A stretch of 63,745 nucleotides of DNA, filler included, from Piptocephalis cylindrospora (Eukaryota), in NCBI GenBank assembly GCA_003614145.1. It is 28 parts of 28 records of this genome, joined end to end, with 100 filler letters (N's around TTAATTAATTAA, not from the genome) between each part and the next. Parts side by side here need not be neighbours in the genome. Positions count along the whole stretch, not along the records: positions 48,154 to 50,206 come from KZ989057.1; positions 50,307 to 52,468 come from KZ989058.1; positions 52,569 to 54,729 come from KZ989059.1; positions 54,830 to 56,990 come from KZ989060.1; positions 57,091 to 59,249 come from KZ989061.1; positions 59,350 to 61,497 come from KZ989062.1; 22 more parts are not named here. One strand, given 5' to 3'. Shown here piece by piece: positions 48,240 through 59,573 of the stretch. The notes beneath the pieces were generated by a model, which worked only from the letters and a program-made list of their open reading frames with translations, did no database searches and was not told the DNA's origin. Positions within the stretch are counted from its first letter, which is position 1. Each line of letters opens with the position of its first letter. The position numbers and the translations under genes are program-made.

Positions 48240-48920
48240 TTATCCTTCAACGTTAGCATCAAAGATGACACGGGGAGCAAAGGCCACAGAGGAATGAGCG
48301 GTGAAACTGCCGGACCCAGTGACATTCTTAAGGCCGAGTTGAAGATCAGATCCGCTCTTAACGGGCAGGACATTGGTGGCGGGATGAGCAAGGTACTGGC
48401 CATCACCACCGAGGAATCCCCAGGAGGTGCCGGAGGAATCGATGGAAGGGTCGACAAAGATGATCCCGCACTGCCAGACATTGTTAGCGGAAACCGACCC
48501 CTCAGTGGCAATGATGGGTAGGATCTTGGGGTCGATGGCGAGATTACGACAGGCAGCGGAGGTGCAACGGCCAAGGAACTTGCCGGTCTTCTTGTTCTTA
48601 AAGGCAACCTTGCCCAAAAAGGAGCTTCCCCCAGAGACGACCTCCCATTGGGCGGCGAGATCAGAATCACTAGTGGACTTGAAGGATCCCAGCGTCTTGA
48701 CTTCGGCCAGGGAGGAGCTGGCACAGCCAGCACAGGTATCAACATACTTGGACTGATATGTGTTAAAGGAGATAACGTTCCCCGCGGTGCAAGGAGGGCT
48801 CTCTCCAGACACCCAGCCTCCGGATCCTCCCCAACCGTAACCCCCGGATCCCCAAGCTTGGGCCGAGGGAAGCTGGGTCAGGAGGGTGGAAGCAAGGACG
48901 GTAAAGAGGGTAAGCTGCAT
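48240..48920 (-). CDS. Secreted beta-trefoil (fascin-like) protein, 226 aa
   Basis: Signal peptide ending AQA-W, a Gly/Trp linker, and three repeats: ISFNTYQSKYVDTCAGC..AQWEVV / VAFKNKKTGKFLGRC...C..VW / WGFLGGDGQYLA..VAF. Confidence 0.7.
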   Translation of the reverse strand: MQLTLFTVLASTLLTQLPSAQAWGSGGYGWGGSGGWVSGESPPCTAGNVISFNTYQSKYVDTCAGCASSSLAEVKTLGSFKSTSDSDLAAQWEVVSGGSSFLGKVAFKNKKTGKFLGRCTSAACRNLAIDPKILPIIATEGSVSANNVWQCGIIFVDPSIDSSGTSWGFLGGDGQYLAHPATNVLPVKSGSDLQLGLKNVTGSGSFTAHSSVAFAPRVIFDANVEG

Positions 48921-50441
48921 GGTGAGGTAAGAGGGGGGGGGAGGGTAATTGAGTAATTGGGTAATTAGGCTAGGGAAATTGGATTGGGAGCAATTGACAG
49001 TAGGGTAGGTTAGAGTAGGTTTAGGGGTGATGTTGTTAGGTTTGGGTATGAGGGGAAAGTGTGGATGTAAGGAGGAAAAATAGAGATGAAGGGTAAAGGA
49101 TGAAAGGCGATGGGAATGTTGAAGGGAGAGGCCCTAGCTGAGGGCTTTTTATACCTTTTGAATCAGAGGCCTGGAAGGGGAATGTCGTAAAAGAGCAATT
49201 GACCGATGGCAAATCGGTTCATTTCCCACTGTAGCAAATCTGGATTGGTTGAATGAAGCAGGGATGGCTGAGGGCAGGACTTAGTCAAGAATGGAAGTAT
49301 GATTCAGCCAAACAACAGGAGGCCTTGACTACGATGGGGATAGTCATCAGACGAGATAGAGGAGTGGGGGCGAGCTGCATTGTACTCTATATGCGGTTGT
49401 CTCATCAACAGTCATTGAATGGGAGAGATATTTTCGTCGGAGAAAAAGGCGGGAAAATCCCCTCTTGACCTCATAGGTCACTCTAGTAAGGAGGAAGGGA
49501 GGTGGAAGAGAGCCAGTTGACGAAGGGGATAGAGTCGGGGGAAACAAGACAGACGGGGTGTACACGATGAGATTGGCGGAGATCGGAGTTGACAGGTCAT
49601 CTTGCACATGTCATATGCAGGAAAGTCCGCAGTCAAAATGGTAAACGATGCTCTCAACCCACCCCAGCCCCTTTATTGGTCCCCTCACTGACTGGCTATA
49701 CTAGCAGAGCCCCTTCCGGGCCGCTACTCTCGAATGACCATAAGAAGGAATGAAGAACGTGATCAAACCCCTCGTGCAACGATGAAGGCGAATAAAAGTA
49801 GTCATGGATTGGGGGATAAAAGGTTGAGGAGCGAAGGGAGAGGCAGGGTAATCTCAATGCCTAGCTGGCCTAGCAGACATATTAGGCCGAATGTAGGGAG
49901 AATAGAGAGTGGCGATGTACCATTCGATGGTCTTTAGAAGTAGATCCGGATGGGCGCAGGCGGATTATCTTTCATCCTTAAGAAAATGAAATCTGGATGA
50001 CTCCCCTTACCAGCCCTCCCCATACCCTCCCTTTCCATTGTACTATCGTGTGATAAAACTACTCGTCCATTTGTCCACGGGCTCATTCGGATGTTTGGTA
50101 CAAGGATTCAATCAAGTTATAGTATGAGGATATGGCATGTTAACTGGAGAGCATTTTCCCGCCATAAACCTTTACCCAAATGACCCTGGGAAACCTCGTA
50201 TGATCANNNNNNNNNNNNNNNNNNNNNNNNNNNNNNNNNNNNNNNNNNNNTTAATTAATTAANNNNNNNNNNNNNNNNNNNNNNNNNNNNNNNNNNNNNN
50301 NNNNNNTTGGGAGTATAGTTTAGAGAAAAGGAAAAAAAACATTTTCTCTTATCTAAAAAAGTATACAAAAAAGCGCTAGCCGAGATCACATCTCCTCCAT
50401 TCGTTCGTCCTTTCATCAGGGGAGTTGGAGCACTCTCGGTC

Positions 50442-51930
50442 TCAATGGCCATGCTCCCGAAAGTACCGAGTGCACTGTTCGTATACGAGGAAAGTAATGC
50501 ATGTGCCCGGGAGGACACGGACAATGTTTGGGAACATGCCCTTATAAAATCCGATGAGACCCTCCGATCTGGAAGGGAAAGGGAAAAGTGGCTGATTAGG
50601 GGGGAGATCTGGGATATGCAGATGGTCGAGACCAAATTTCCAATCCTCTTAAAGCCATACTTTAATGTTTTGCTAATGACCTGGGTTAGTCCACGGTACT
50701 TGCGATCATCCTTTTCGTTCTGTTGGTCCAAAGTGGAAATAAGGTGGTAGAAAGGTGATGTATCATTATAACGAGACGTGGGTGGAAATTAGGAAATTAC
50801 CTGTAATCTGGATCGAACCACTTGATAAGGATAAGTGAGGATCAAGGCAGTCAGCTTACTCGTCACGCTCATGCCAATGTACTCGGTTGTACTCTATGGT
50901 GGAGTAAAGGCCCTCAATTCCATGAAAAATGATTAGATAACACGAAATGGAAAAACACACTTACCAAATTTTCCTTAACATGATAGTCATTCTCATGGAT
51001 CCTCCACTTTTTCAACTCCTCATACACCATCCACTGAATCGCACCATGAGATACACCGGCCAAGGATGGAATAAACCCACGGTACAGCCCTCGAAGACCT
51101 TCTTCCCTTACCAGCCTACTTAGACCGTCTATTCCCCCATATAGGGATGAGTCGAAGGCCGAGCCCCCAACTGCTCCAGTATTCCCACTTACTAGCCATG
51201 GAGGAATAGGCATCGACTTGGGAAGACGAGGTGGCGCACATCCTGGTTTTGATCACCCAGAGTGGATTGGTAAAAAATGCCGTGATAGCCCCTAGATATC
51301 ATGTCGTATTATGTCAATGAGGGATGGGAATAGGAGAGCACGGCCCCAGATAACTAAAGGGTATGTCATTGAATGTACCTGATGCGGCTGATGCAGCAAG
51401 ATGCTGTGGGGCCGTAGGGGCTGATCCACCATTGGACCTTCGAATGCCATCTTTCATATGCTGATACCTATATTTCCGGCGAAGAGGAAAGAGCAATTAG
51501 CCACCATTGTGCTTACTACCTTGCCAGAGTCTATGAACATCTGGGCAAGGCAGGACACATACCCACTTGCTCATAAGCCATACCACCAAAAGTAGCAGGC
51601 CCAGCTCACAGAGGCTCCAGCGACACTGGGACTAATGCCTCGATAGAGACCTTGAATGCCATCCGACCGCATCAAGCTCGTCACGACCTTGGCTGACCTT
51701 CCAATAAGCCTATTCTTTCCATTGACAGTGTCATCCACTGAGAGCGGGAAGGTGTGTTTAATGGCATCCGATTTTTACGGGTCAAGCGAGCAAACCTAGT
51801 ACCAACCTTGAAGACGAATCTTGATCACGTCGAGCGGGTGACAAACTAGAGTGGAGACAAGCCCAGCCGTAAAGCCTGCGACAGCTTGATCAGTGGCCAC
51901 GGCACCAAAGTAGCTGGCGCTTTGAGTCAT
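50442..51930 (-). CDS. FLX1: Mitochondrial carrier, FAD/folate transporter (FLX1/SLC25A32 type, multi-exon)
   Basis: Three carrier repeats HPLDVIKIRLQ, TNPLWVIKTRM and TYPYQVVRSRLQ. Also GVSHGAIQ...YEELK and GFYKG..PNIVRVLPGTCITFLVYE. Confidence 0.92.
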
Positions 51931-52237
51931 GACGTGAACGAAAGGCGTAATAACAGGAAAGGAAAGCAAGAAGCGCGACAATAATAAAATGTGTGCAACA
52001 CACAGGCCCTTCCTTCCCCACATACATGACGCCTTCTGAGGGAAATAGTATTCTCTAGGGGGTGATTCTCGTATCCAAAGCCCCACGCACAGATCAATGG
52101 ACAGGGGAGGGGTTAATGCGGCCCTTGAGGAAGACCAAAAAGAGGGATATTGGTTAATAATCCATGGCCACTCTATGAAATCCCACTCTCTCCATTTCTC
52201 CTCTGATTACACCAAGACCATCCTTCCCTCCCAGACA

Positions 52238-52450
52238 ATGGCAATCCCCGATCTAGTCCATCGTTCCTCCTCCTCCCCATCCCTCTGTACAACCTCCATC
52301 CAATCCGTCTTGTCGTGCGGTAAATGTGGTCGAACCCAATCCTCCTTCATCGCCGTCATGGGCTGTAAGCAAGACCATGCTCTATGCTCCGAGTGCCATG
52401 GAAGATACCGTGGAGGCTGCGCCATCTGTGTCCGTAAGTATATTGTATAG
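52238..52450 (+). CDS. N-terminal RING-finger protein (probably first exon, truncated)
   Basis: C-x2-C-x12-C-x3-H-x2-C-x2-C-x7-C-x2-C (CGKC...CKQDHALCSEC...CAIC), followed by a GTAAGT donor near 52434. Confidence 0.6.
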   Translation: MAIPDLVHRSSSSPSLCTTSIQSVLSCGKCGRTQSSFIAVMGCKQDHALCSECHGRYRGGCAICVRKYIV

Positions 52451-52569
52451 GTCGTGCATCCTCGCTGCNNNNNNNNNNNNNNNNNNNNNNNNNNNNNNNN
52501 NNNNNNNNNNNNTTAATTAATTAANNNNNNNNNNNNNNNNNNNNNNNNNNNNNNNNNNNNNNNNNNNNG

Positions 52570-53904
52570 GAGAACCATGTGGATACTCTGCATCAGAAGA
52601 ATCTCCTGCATCTCGGAGAGGATCGGTACCTTACCACCCTCATGCTCAAGCATTTCCCACACTACAAGTTAAAGTTTACCCCGGATGCCTTGTGTCAGAC
52701 GGCTGCTCCGGAGAAGTGGTCCATCCTCTTGTCCCAGAGGCGTCGGTGGATCAACTCCACTATCCACAACCTTTGGGAGCTCATCCTCCTTCCAGATCTC
52801 TGTGGCTTCTGCTGTTTCTCCATGCGCTTCGTCGTCATGTTTGATCTCATCGGTACCGTCGTCATGCCTGCCTTCCTCGTCTACCTCGGCTACCTCATTT
52901 ATTCCATTGTCGAGGAATCCAAGACTAATGGAGGCGTCTCCACTAATGTTGTCTCCCTCATCATTCTCGCCGCAGTCTACGGTCTTCAGGCTCTTATCTT
53001 CATTATCAAGCGACAATGGCAACACATTGGCTGGATGATCATCTACCTTCTCGCTACCCCCATCTACTCCCTTTTCCTCCCTCTCTACTCCTTCTGGCAC
53101 TTTGATGACTTTTCTTGGGGTAACACCCGTATCGTCGTGGAAGAAGCCGGGAAGGGCAGTAAGAAGAAGAAGGTTGTGGTTGTGGATGAGGCCGGCGGTC
53201 AGACCGTGGATCGTTTCCGCCCCCGAGATGTTCCCCTCAAGACCTGGGAGGAGTATGAGAAGGAGCTGTGGACCAAGGGTGCAGCCCCAGGCATGGGTAT
53301 GGGCCCAGATAACTCAGGGATGGCAATGAGCCAAGGCTTTGGCTCTGCCACAGAGCGTGAAGGGTCCATTTATGGTGGAACTGGAGGTCCTGGAAGTGTG
53401 ATGATGATGCCCCCCATGGGCGGAACCATGTACGACTCTAGACCCCTCTCTTACGGCGCTCCCTCTATTATGGGTGGAGGATCTCAGATGGGCATTCAAG
53501 ATTCTCGTATGTCGGGGATGGGCCAGATGTCCGGTATGAGTCAGGACCCCAGGATGTCTGGGATGGGTCAAGATCCTAGAATGTCAGGAATGATGCAGGA
53601 CTCCCGGATGTCCGGAATGGGCCAAATGTCTGGTATGAATCAAAATCCAAGAATGTCTGGGATGGGAAGTCAATTCCAGGACAATAGGCCCATGTCCATG
53701 ATGAGTAGTGGGCTTGGAGCTGTGGGTCCCACTGATGAGGAGCTTCTCGTCGAAATTCGCTCTATCCTTGCCTCCTCCGACCTCATGACCATCACCAAGA
53801 AGCAAGTCCGTGAACGGCTATCAGCTCTTTATGGCGTGGACCTGACCCCAAGGAAGGAGTACATCAACAATTGCATTGAACTTATCCTTCAAGATAGGCT
53901 CTAA
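52570..53904 (+). CDS. CHS: Chitin synthase, division 2 (class V/VII-like with DEK_C), C-terminal part
   Basis: TLHQKNLLHLGEDRYLTTL, SQRRRWINSTIHNL, LCGFCCFSMRF, YSFWHFDDFSWGNTR and terminal DEK_C PTDEEL..EIR.IL...DLMTITKKQVR. Confidence 0.96.
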   Translation, partial: ENHVDTLHQKNLLHLGEDRYLTTLMLKHFPHYKLKFTPDALCQTAAPEKWSILLSQRRRWINSTIHNLWELILLPDLCGFCCFSMRFVVMFDLIGTVVMPAFLVYLGYLIYSIVEESKTNGGVSTNVVSLIILAAVYGLQALIFIIKRQWQHIGWMIIYLLATPIYSLFLPLYSFWHFDDFSWGNTRIVVEEAGKGSKKKKVVVVDEAGGQTVDRFRPRDVPLKTWEEYEKELWTKGAAPGMGMGPDNSGMAMSQGFGSATEREGSIYGGTGGPGSVMMMPPMGGTMYDSRPLSYGAPSIMGGGSQMGIQDSRMSGMGQMSGMSQDPRMSGMGQDPRMSGMMQDSRMSGMGQMSGMNQNPRMSGMGSQFQDNRPMSMMSSGLGAVGPTDEELLVEIRSILASSDLMTITKKQVRERLSALYGVDLTPRKEYINNCIELILQDRL

Positions 53905-54829
53905 GATGAAGAAAGGAAAGATAAAGGCGGGAGGGAAACGTTTCTGGATATGTTGGATGAAGACGGGTTTTTTTGGGAATGAATCATTTCAGATTGTGTC
54001 TTTACTTTTCCTTGCTTGGTGATGATAGAACCGGTTTATTGTTCCGGTCTCGATGGGCGCGACTGATCCAGTGGATACCAAGACCAGGCCAGCGCCTGGC
54101 TTGGATCCTCTCGGATACCTGAGTGTGGTTTTTGGGTGTTTTTCTTTACTTTTTACCATTTTACGGTGATGTGTGGTTATTTTTGACAATACATTACTCC
54201 TTTCAGATAGAACCGGTTTATTCTCCCTCATGGGGCAGGCTACAGAGCTATCCGAACGCATGACCCGGCTAGGCCGGCCTGTGTGGTACCAGGAACATTG
54301 TCCCCGATGTGTGCCTATTAGTAATTATCTTTTAGCTTTTTCTTGCTTGGTTGCTGCTCTACCTGAGGGAACACCATTCATTTAAGTATCGTATACCTCT
54401 TTACAGGTGAGTGAGTTAAGGCGTGATATGATCAAGGAGAAAAAGGTACGGATTGATGAGCTGAGTGAGCGCTGCTACTCCACTCACCCATGTAAACCAG
54501 ATATTCACGACCACCGCCACTAGAGCCATATGATCGACAGTAATATCCTGAATCAAGCTTGATTTATTATTCAAGAGCCCGTTTCCCCTCAGTCTTTCCT
54601 CTGTCAATAGGAGAAGGGTTTGTCTAAGCCTAGACTAAACTGTACCCAACACAGCAGCACAAATCAACACCAGCTGTGGCAACCTAAAATGATTCAATCT
54701 GAATGATTCAAACAGATGAATCAAAGATGNNNNNNNNNNNNNNNNNNNNNNNNNNNNNNNNNNNNNNNNNNNNTTAATTAATTAANNNNNNNNNNNNNNN
54801 NNNNNNNNNNNNNNNNNNNNNNNNNNNNN

Positions 54830-56990
54830 TTCAAGAACCTTGGCGAGTGACTTGGAAACAATAGATTGGGTCGTGCGTACGGTTACTCGGTACATGCCTC
54901 GGGCAGCCGATGGTTCAACCCGCACCAGACACCCCACCTTACCATCATCCACTGTATGCACCACCCCAACCCCCACAACATTGCCCTCTCGTGGATCCAC
55001 CCCCCGGGAGAATACCCAGCCCAAATCCTCCTAGGCCCTGGGTCAACCCCTCTATATCCCCGAGGGGCAGAAGGGACATGGCTTCCTCAGACACCCCAAA
55101 GGTCGCCTGTACCTCCCCTGCAGATCCAGCGGGGATCCGGTGCCATCTGGAAAAGAAATCTTCACGGCCCATGGGTCCCACCGGTTCTTGGAATTTCCAG
55201 ATTCCGATCGGTAGCTTGATCCCTGGATCTGTTACCTCAACTCGCGCATCCCCTCCGGAGCTATAGTAATATGCCAGCTGCAGGACAGGAGGTTCATCAA
55301 AGATGTGACGACATTCCACCCTCACCACACTCTCGGTCTTTTCCCCAGGGGATAATCGACCCCGCCAGCCCACAGTCTTGGCCCCGGCTTCGCCCCACCC
55401 CATCCCAGAGAAGGAGAGGGTAGCCCCCAAATGAGGCTGAGCCTGGGCAACAATCCCAGAGATCACCTCGTTCGATCGGTTCTCCAGAACCAAGTCTAGA
55501 GTGCCCTGGGCCCCAACATATGAAGATCGGCTAACTTCGATGTGCACATGCTCATCCTCATACAATGTCCCATGACCTACCCGCATCAACCTGAGCAAGA
55601 ACCAGGCATGTCGCTCCATCGCCCCTCCCCCTTTCCCATGGACCAGTTGACCCCCATCGTCCCCAGTCGCTCTCACCACCAATGCCCCTTGCCCCACCTC
55701 TTCTCCTTCATCCACCTCATCCAAAACGATTAAATCCTTTCCATCGACCCGGCCTCCCTTGTCCTCGGACACCCCCAAGGCCATATCGTTCTCCTTATGA
55801 TCCGCCCCGGCAAGCTGCCCCATCCCGCCCTCAGGAGCCGCCATAATCGTCAGTTGTTTGGAGGGGCGTCGGCCTTCATTAGCCTCCCGCCCCCCAATGA
55901 CCCAGGTCCTCCGATCCTCCCCTCCTCCCCCTTCTCCACCCATCCAATCTTCGAGTGTCCCGATAACCCTATTCATCAGGACACTCTGTTTATCCTGCGG
56001 GAAGGGCGGCATCTCCTCGCACACCGTGGCCAGGAGATCAGGATGTCCCATGAGGGCAAGATACTCACAGGCTCTTTGTTGCAGCTCCACATCCAATGAA
56101 TGGGCTTGGAGCCGAAAGACCCGACCAAGAGGCTCGGCTAGGTCGGTGAACAAGTGACTCCACTTGAGATATGTGGTTAAGAGCATGGCTCGGGTGCCAC
56201 CAGATGCCTGCCCAAACCTTGCGTGCAGGGAGGTGAATTGATCCATGGATCCACACCCGGGTTCCTCGGCAATGAGATCCCCATACTCACCTAAGAGGTA
56301 GGCTGCTGCCTTGAGTGCCGATTCATGGATGATTTGATTGGGTCCTTGCAGCGTCCGGAGGAGGACACGAGCTGCGTAGGCTGGGAGCTCTCCCCCACCG
56401 TCCCGATCCTCACCACCCACCACAACCTGTACCAGCCTCTGCCAAACCTCTGACCCTACCACGCTCTCTCCGGTCAGGCCTCCGAGAAGCTGCACCACGG
56501 TGTCCACATACCATGTCCTATCTCCTGCATACCGCTCTGCCAGGATCGCCACACGCACCACCACATCTTCCCTCAGACCCGCTTCGGCCGTCGGCAGATA
56601 CTGCAGGAGCTCCGCCACGATGCCTCGAGCATTCCCCGGTGTACACATGCTGTATAACAGATCCAAGGCCCTTCGTCGCACCGACATATCCCGATCCCGT
56701 AAGGCAAGAACCACCGTCTCTTGATGGGATCGGACATGGGCTACCGCCTCCATGGTTCCTGAGGCCGTCAGATGACACATTGTGTCCAGTGCCAAGGACC
56801 GAAGATTGGTCTCCTTGGACAGAAGGAACTTTCCGAGAATGCGTGCTGCCTTGACGTGCAACTCTCTCCACACATCTTCCCCTCCCTCTACTGCTACGCC
56901 TCCAGGTACGACCAAGGCCCCAGCCCCCACCTCTTCCCCCTCATCCTCTTCCCCCAGGGAAATGACAAGATTCATGGCCTCGAGCAATAC
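54830..56990 (-). CDS. APL3: AP-2 complex alpha-adaptin, trunk C-terminal half and ear (partial; apparent frameshift at 55000-55005)
   Basis: LGKFLLSKETNLR.LAL, LRDRDMSVRRRALDLLYSMC, VAILAERYA, AYLLGEYG.LI, DVELQQRACEY, VCEEMPPFP, G.LYEDE, LKLP-like IKLP, and FF.RW. The ear end GCLVRVEP....MYRVTVR lies in a shifted frame. Confidence 0.95.
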
Positions 56991-57519
56991 NNNNNNNNNN
57001 NNNNNNNNNNNNNNNNNNNNNNNNNNNNNNNNNNTTAATTAATTAANNNNNNNNNNNNNNNNNNNNNNNNNNNNNNNNNNNNNNNNNNNNAGGGGATCTG
57101 CTTGGGAGACGGTTGACTTTGACATGAAGGGCGAGGAGGTGAAGATGGATAACAGGAGGTGAGGTTATGTAAAAGTCTGGAAAATGACGTTCGTATTTTA
57201 GGGCAACTCGGGCCATCTCTTTCCCACACTTGAAAAGTATACTGAACTGGCGTAAGAGCGTAAGGTGATCAGTGTGATTTTAATTGTGAATTTTTTCCCT
57301 ATTCTCGATCCCATGCAACAAGGCCGTTGATTAGCTCGGATGATTAGCCCTACGATGGGGAATTAAGAGGAGAGAGAGGAAGGGAGGATGCAAAAGTGAT
57401 CGAAATGCTCATGAAAAAAGGATTAATGAAATCGCGAGAAATTATATTGACTCATTCGTGAATCGTTTTAAGAAAAGGGAATACCCTCTCTTTTCCTCTT
57501 CACATCTTCGCTATTTATT

Positions 57520-58041
57520 ACCATCGTATAGGGTACACGTCGGGCGCATAGTGCTCCTGGTACCACGCATGCCAGCTACCCTAGCAGACATTGTGTTCGG
57601 ATGCCCATCCGCCTACCCCACTGGGGAAAATAAAATGGTTTCATCATCATCATTACCATCGTTCAGAGAGTATTTTGGTAAGTATATGGGAATGGGTGAA
57701 TATGTAAAGGGCAGCATAAAAAGTAAAATGGGAAAGAGGCTGTGCGAAAACGGTTACATGGATGTCTAATTGAAAAGTAGGAATGAGTGATTCGATGGCA
57801 TGCCCAAGCGTATCCCGAGTTCTCCAGAACTGATTCAAAGGCCTCTTTGATGGCAGAAATACCTCCAGGAAGTGGTGGGCTTTAAGGGTATCTGTAGTAT
57901 CTAGAAACAAACCATAGTATAAGGTACGCGTCGAGGACTTGGTCCCTGGTACCACACTTGCCGGCCATTGAGGCAGGTATTGTGTTCGGATACCCATTAA
58001 GCCTACCCCGCTAAGAGGAAAATATAACGGTTTCATCATCA
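57520..58041. repeat. Diverged direct repeat, two copies of about 130 nt (57520-57649, 57911-58041)
   Basis: Shared blocks accat.gtata.ggtac.cgtcg, cctggtaccac, attgtgttcggat.cccat, gcctacccc.ct and ggtttcatcatca. Confidence 0.85.
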
Positions 58042-58837
58042 AGTAGGAATGGATGATGATTAGGAAGTATAAACAAAAGCCCAGCCATATGAGGCGCATG
58101 GGAAAAGAACGTCACAAAGAATAAGGGGCAGGCGATACTGCTACATGAAAATAACGTTCATTAGGGCTATCCACATGTAGTGGTTACTAGGCCATTCCGG
58201 AAGTATAGCTTACTCTACCACCGCAGATATTCCTCACTCGAGGCCCTAGTTAATTATCATCGTTATCCCTTAACTTAGCCAACGAAGCTTAATCTAACTA
58301 GTTAGTTAGTTTAAGTGTGCATGTTAAAGTGCATTTCGTCATTCGACGTTATTGTGGTTGATGAGGAGGCTTTATCCTCTTCGCCTACCCCGATTGCATT
58401 CCCCGACTTAAGGACCGATAGCACAGCTTGTCCCCAGCATGGACTCCATGCTCCATCTACATCTCTGATTATGCTCCGATTGGAACTCCGACCCTGCCTA
58501 CCTTTGGGTGAAGGCTTATATAATACTTCGCTTGTGTTGTTTTGAATGACTTTGTGAATCCTCTTCGATGGTCTAGGTTCACATCCACTCACGATGCGTC
58601 AGAAAGGGATTGAAGAAAAAAAAAAAGTAGTTCACCCAGTTCGAGATGAACCCACAGGCCAAAATGTAATAAATATCCAGTGCTCTAGAGAGGATTCTCC
58701 AACTATCGTTCCTCGCCTCGTACTCAATCCTCCCTACTACCCGCTTTGCCTCTAAGGCACGCCTTTACGCTCGCTTTTTTACGTCAACCTTACACCACTC
58801 TCATTCCATTCAGAATCGTCTATACAGGCTAGTTGTC

Positions 58838-59249
58838 ATGCACTTCGCTACTAAAATCTACGCCCTCACTCTCCTCATCTCCGCCTTGGCAGCCTCCACC
58901 ACGGTGGTTGGCAATCCTATGGAACATCCAAGCCAGAGCCGTGACTCCAGATCCAGATTTCCGTCTCTCTCACAATATTACCATGATGATCTTAGCATCC
59001 CATATCCCGGTCCTCTTCATGCCTCTGACTCAGAGTCTGATTTAGGTAGTGATGACGCATCGTCCATCATCACCGAGTGCCAGGATAGTGAGGATTTTAA
59101 GCTCGGCTATATCAATCCCATCCACCAAACTTCCTTTGTCAAAGATCGCGAAACATACGAACGAGACGCCATAAGAGCCATACGTTATCTTTCGAAGATC
59201 AATACTGGAGAGGCTCACATTGATGGCCGCATATTCAAGGCAGATTTTA
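58838..59249 (+). CDS. Orphan secreted protein (3' truncated)
   Basis: Signal peptide MHFATKIYALTLLISALAASTTVVG-NP; the frame is open to the contig edge. Confidence 0.65.
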
Positions 59250-59573
59250 NNNNNNNNNNNNNNNNNNNNNNNNNNNNNNNNNNNNNNNNNNNNTTAATTA
59301 ATTAANNNNNNNNNNNNNNNNNNNNNNNNNNNNNNNNNNNNNNNNNNNNAGGGGGAGAGAGCGGGCGGACCCTGAATCACTCGCCTAATATTCCCTTTTC
59401 ACCCTTCTTTTCACACCCTTCTCCTCCCGTCCTTGAGCTTATTGCCAGCAACGGTCCTTTTGCTCCTCTTTCCTCCCCCAGGCTCTTTCCGACTCCATCG
59501 CGTCACTTTCTAACGAATTCTTCTCAATTTATCACCCTTCTTTGCTACCTTACCCATACTCTCTTCCCGTACC

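Noticed and set aside
48998..49050. TTAGGG-like telomeric repeats
   Set aside because: Highly degenerate and non-tandem; it is the CT/CA-rich leader of the minus-strand gene at 48920.
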